This document shows positions 60,478-64,000 of a DNA stretch of 64,000 nucleotides, one piece after another. This stretch comes from Bacteroidota bacterium (GTDB taxonomy: Bacteria; Bacteroidota; Ignavibacteria; Kryptoniales; JAKASW01): NCBI GenBank assembly GCA_023381615.1, contig JAMCQL010000075.1:5500-69499 (forward strand), in the 5' to 3' direction. The position numbers and the translations under genes were made by a program. Below the pieces are notes generated by a model, which saw only the letters and a list, made by a program, of their open reading frames with translations, was not told the origin of the DNA and searched no databases. The first letter of the stretch is position 1, and each line of letters starts with the position of its first letter.

Positions 60478-60768
60478 ATGATATTACAGGTGCGTGAAAG
60501 GATGGTGAAGGAAACGATGGCGGATGTAGATTGGAGAAAACACATCAATTCTGATCCGAATGTTTTGGTCGGCAAACCGGTAGTCAAGGGAACCAGACTA
60601 TCCGTAGAATTTCTTCTAGGTCTGTTCGCTGAAGGTTGGACTGAGAGGCAGGTCCTTGAAAACTATCCCACTTTATCATCCGAGAGCCTGCGGGCAGTTT
60701 TCTCTTTTGCCACAGAATGCATGCGTGAAGAGTCTGTGTATACCATACCGACCAGTACGACGCGATGA
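60478..60768 (+). CDS. DUF433-family antitoxin-like protein (start uncertain, ATG 60502 or 60517 possible)
   Basis: INSDPNVLVGKPVVKGTRLSVEFLLGLFAEGWTERQVLENYPTLS. Confidence 0.8.
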   Translation: MILQVRERMVKETMADVDWRKHINSDPNVLVGKPVVKGTRLSVEFLLGLFAEGWTERQVLENYPTLSSESLRAVFSFATECMREESVYTIPTSTTR

Positions 60769-61127
60769 ATCTACTGGCAAATGAGAATTTCCCTCTTCTC
60801 AGTGTTCGGTTACTTCGCACTGCGGGCCACGATGTGGCAAGTGTGATCGAGGATAACCCGGGAGCCAGCGACGAGGATGTCTTGAAACGAGCAAGTCAGG
60901 AGAAGCGGGTCGTGTTGACATTCGATAGAGACTATGGTGAGTTAGTTTATCGCTACAAGTCATTCCCGCCGTCCGGCATCCTGTATTTCCGTTTTGATCC
61001 ATCGGCACCGGAGGAACCTGCTCAAATCCTCTTGACCATCATGGAGGGAGGTAAGGTGGTGATCCCGGGTAAGTTCACAGTAATCGAGAGGGGCAGAATA
61101 CGACAGAGAGCACTTCTCAAGACATAG
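60765..61127 (+). CDS. DUF5615-family (PIN-like) toxin-like protein
   Basis: LLANENFPLLSVRLLRTAGHDV...VVLTFDRDYGEL. Confidence 0.8.
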   Translation: MNLLANENFPLLSVRLLRTAGHDVASVIEDNPGASDEDVLKRASQEKRVVLTFDRDYGELVYRYKSFPPSGILYFRFDPSAPEEPAQILLTIMEGGKVVIPGKFTVIERGRIRQRALLKT

Positions 61128-61176
61128 GTAGTCGTTAATTTGTTAGTTATTAGTTCAAAGGAGGGCTGAAGTCGGG

Positions 61177-61542
61177 ATGAAGATTACTAGGTTCGAAGAT
61201 ATCGAAGTCTGGAAAGAAGGGAGGCTCTTGGTCGTTGACGTTTACAAAGCTTTGTCGAAGGTGAAAGACTTTGGATTCAGGGATCAGATACAGAGAGCTG
61301 CCATCTCCATTACATCCAATATCGCCGAAGGATTTGACAGAGGAAGCAATAAGGAGTTCATTCAATTCTTGACCATTGCGCGCGGATCAGCCTCGGAAGT
61401 TAAGAGCGAGGCATACAATGCACTGGATCTGGGGTACATTGATTCCAAAACCTTTGATGACTTGTCTGCAAGATCCCTTTCGGTGTCGAACCTGATAAAC
61501 GGCTTCATAAGATACCTGCGAAATTCCGGTCGACAACGTTGA
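61177..61542 (+). CDS. four-helix-bundle protein (23S rRNA IVS family)
   Basis: MKITRFEDIEVWKEGR...QIQRAAISITSNIAEGF...GSASEVKSEAY. Confidence 0.85.
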   Translation: MKITRFEDIEVWKEGRLLVVDVYKALSKVKDFGFRDQIQRAAISITSNIAEGFDRGSNKEFIQFLTIARGSASEVKSEAYNALDLGYIDSKTFDDLSARSLSVSNLINGFIRYLRNSGRQR

Positions 61543-61545
61543 CTT

Positions 61546-61614
61546 CTCAACCTTCAACCTTGAACTTTGAACTCTGAACCCTGAACTTTCAACCCCGAAC
61601 AATGAACCCTGAAC
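61546..61614 (+). repeat. heptamer tract that runs into the fcl start (ATGAACCCTGAAC)
   Basis: A near-identical copy without a gene lies at 53701-53752. Confidence 0.8.
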
Positions 61615-62490
61615 AGAAAATATACGTCGCCGGCCACCGCGGCCTTGTCGGCTCCGCTCTGATGCGTGCTCTTGAGAAAAAAGGGTTTAAGAACCTTGTG
61701 ACCCGCACACATACGGAACTCGACCTCACAGACCAGGCAGCCGTGAAGAAGTTCTTCGAAAGCGAGAAGCCGGAGTACGTGTTCCTCGCGGCGGCGAAAG
61801 TCGGAGGCATACATGCCAACAATACTTATCCGGCCGATTTTATCTACATAAACCTGCAGATTCAAAACAACGTCATCCACAACTCTTATCTATCAGGAGT
61901 AAAGAAACTCTGCTTTCTGGGTAGTTCTTGCATCTATCCGAAGTTCGCACCTCAACCGATGAAAGAGGAGTACCTCCTCGACGGGAAGCTCGAACCAACA
62001 AACGAGCCCTATGCCATCGCTAAAATTGCCGGCATAAAGATGTGCCAGTCGTACAACAGGCAGTACGGTACGAACTTCATCTCGGTCATGCCGACTAATC
62101 TTTACGGTCCTAATGACAACTTCGATCTGGAAAACTCACACGTTCTGGCAGCACTTGTGCGGAAATTCGTCGACGCTAAGCGATCCTCCGCCGACAACGA
62201 ACCCAGAACCCAGAACTCTGAACCGCGAACCACGAACCCAGAACCGTGACTGTTTGGGGAACCGGGACTCCTCGTAGGGAATTCCTGCATGTCGACGACA
62301 TGGCGAGCGCCTGTTTGTTTCTGGTGGAGAACTACGATGACGGCGAGATTGTGAACATAGGAACGGGAGAAGACATTTCTATCAAGGAGTTGGCGGAACT
62401 CATTGCGAAGGAAACCGGCTTTCAGGGTCCAATCCGATACGACAGCTCGCGTCCTGACGGGACACCGAGAAAACTTCTCGACGTCTCGCG
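61602..62490 (+). pseudogene. fcl: GDP-L-fucose synthase, copy 1: frameshifted inside an internal heptamer tract and 3'-truncated
   Basis: [13 protein letters not shown]...YAIAKIAG; TGA 62247-62249 within ...[17 protein letters not shown]; resumes at 62246 ([19 protein letters not shown]) and ends at ...LLDVSR. Confidence 0.85.
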
Positions 62491-63144
62491 GAATATCTCC
62501 TTGATGGCAAGTTGGAACCGACGAACGAGCCTTATGCGATTGCGAAGATCGCGGGCATAAAGATGTGCCAATCGTACAACCGGCAGTACGGGACGAACTT
62601 TATCTCTGTTATGCCCACGAATCTTTACGGGCCGAACGACAACTTCGATCTGGAAAACTCGCACGTTCTGGCAGCACTTGTGCGGAAATTCGTCGACGCT
62701 AAGCGCTCCTCCGCCGACAACGAACCCAGAACCCAGAAGTCTGAACCAAGGACCCCGAACCACGAACCCAGAACCGTCACCGTCTGGGGGACAGGCAAGC
62801 CCAGGAGAGAGTTCCTGCATGTTGATGACATGGCAGAAGCTTGTGTGTTTCTGATGCAGAACTACAACTATAATGATATTGGTGAATTTGTGAATATTGG
62901 AACAGGTGAGGATATCACCATTAAAGACCTTGCAAAACTGATCGCAGAAGAAGCGGGCTTTGAAGGTGGGATTGAGTCGGATACTTCAAAACCAGATGGG
63001 ACACCAAGGAAGTTGCTTGATGTGAGTAGGATAAATGTCCTTGGATGGAAAGCAAAGATTACTTTGCGGGATGGAGTGAGACAGATTGTGGATTTGTATG
63101 AGGAGACGCTGCCGTGTCAGGAGAGAAGCAGTAACCTGAGATGA
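62491..63144 (+). pseudogene. fcl: GDP-L-fucose synthase, copy 2: 5'-truncated diverged allele with the heptamer tract read in frame
   Basis: Restarts at [19 protein letters not shown], out of frame with copy 1, and runs to a normal C-terminus ([20 protein letters not shown]). Confidence 0.85.
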
Positions 63145-63249
63145 GAACTGGATATGATGTGCACTTGCCGAGTTTGTCTTACAATCTGTCGCCACTTCTA
63201 AACGTGTCTTTTAAACAGAAATGCAGAAGAAACGTCGGGAGCTAGGAGT

Positions 63250-64000
63250 ATGATAGCTGTTATTTTATGTGGCGGACAAGGGACGCGTATAAGGGATGTT
63301 TCGGAGAGCCTCCCAAAGCCAATGGTGCCGATCGGTGGAAAGCCGATTTTATGGCATATCATGAAAACGTACTCTCATTATGACGTGAAGGAATTTATTC
63401 TTTGTCTTGGATATAATGGGTGGAAGATAAAGGAGTATTTCCTGAATTATCGAACGATAAATAACGATTTCACTGTTAGCGTTGGTGAGCATGGTTCGGT
63501 AGAGTTTCACGATGGCGTTGATGAAGCGGAGTGGAAAGTGACCCTTACCGACACGGGCGATGAGGCGATGACCGGAGCCAGACTCTGGAAAGTTCGCCGG
63601 TACTTGGAAGGCGAAGACAATTTCTGTCTTACTTATGGAGATGGCGTGGCCGACATTGACATCGGGAAATTGATTGAGTCCCACAAAGCGCAGGGTAAAG
63701 TCGGAACAATAACTGCTGTCAGGCCTTCAGGCAGGTTTGGTGAGATGATCCTCGATGGCAGCATGGTCACGCGGTTTAACGAAAAGCCCCAGAGTGAAGA
63801 GGGGTGGATCAACGGCGGCTTCATGGTGTTCGACAATAAGAGAGTCTGGGACTATTTCTGGCCGAGCGATGAATTGATCCTTGAAAGAGAACCGCTTCCT
63901 TCAATGGTGAAGGATAAAGAGCTTGCCGTTTTTCAACATAGAGGATTCTGGACAGGTATGGACACACCTCGTGAGTACCATATTCTCAACCAGATGTGGA
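63250..64000 (+). CDS. rfbF: glucose-1-phosphate cytidylyltransferase, 3'-partial (runs off window end)
   Basis: MIAVILCGGQGTRIRDVSESLPKPMVPIGGKPILWHIM...; open frame to the end of the window. Confidence 0.9.
   Translation, partial: MIAVILCGGQGTRIRDVSESLPKPMVPIGGKPILWHIMKTYSHYDVKEFILCLGYNGWKIKEYFLNYRTINNDFTVSVGEHGSVEFHDGVDEAEWKVTLTDTGDEAMTGARLWKVRRYLEGEDNFCLTYGDGVADIDIGKLIESHKAQGKVGTITAVRPSGRFGEMILDGSMVTRFNEKPQSEEGWINGGFMVFDNKRVWDYFWPSDELILEREPLPSMVKDKELAVFQHRGFWTGMDTPREYHILNQMW

Overview
This is a 64-kb chromosomal window of mid GC content. The organism looks like a member of the Bacteroidota/Ignavibacteriota/Chlorobiota (FCB) group: a UpxY-type NusG paralog sits ahead of a Wza/Wzz polysaccharide locus, many starts lack a Shine-Dalgarno sequence, and four-helix-bundle 'IVS-type' genes are present. 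All family names below come from motifs read by eye; no searches were run.

Layout:
(i) 1-3.8 kb: the end of a phage-like or integrative replication module. It contains translationally coupled small ORFs, a winged-helix protein, a frameshifted DnaB helicase and a Zn-ribbon protein, and it ends at a sequence resembling the 3' half of a tRNA.
(ii) 4-22.4 kb: ordinary core genes. These are an ECF sigma/anti-sigma pair, a ZIP transporter, an aldo-keto reductase, DUF362, Hsp20, lon, purF, a CDP-alcohol phosphatidyltransferase, ftsY, mutL, aspS and a GH31 glucosidase. Several of them carry short repeat-derived insertions that stay in frame.
(iii) 22.4-33 kb: tRNA-Lys, then the head of a polysaccharide locus (ugd, upxY-like, wza-like, wzz-like). 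This locus is embedded in gene-poor DNA built from a small vocabulary of short 'word' repeats and hairpins.
(iv) 33-61.6 kb: the unusual part. About 30 toxin-antitoxin-type mini-modules are all co-oriented with the operon. They are separated by word-repeat spacers and punctuated by 11 partial copies of gmd, each start-containing stub preceded by a GAACYYY heptamer tract. There are also two four-helix-bundle genes and one dead IS630. No recombinase is visible.
(v) 61.6-64 kb: fcl appears as a tandem partial duplication of two diverged alleles with an internal heptamer tract, followed by rfbF (partial).

Main hypothesis: this is an undescribed, integrase-less (or trans-acting) cassette-accretion site that targets the 5' end of gmd inside a polysaccharide operon. 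Main caveat: the region is highly repetitive, so chimeric metagenomic assembly must be excluded first.
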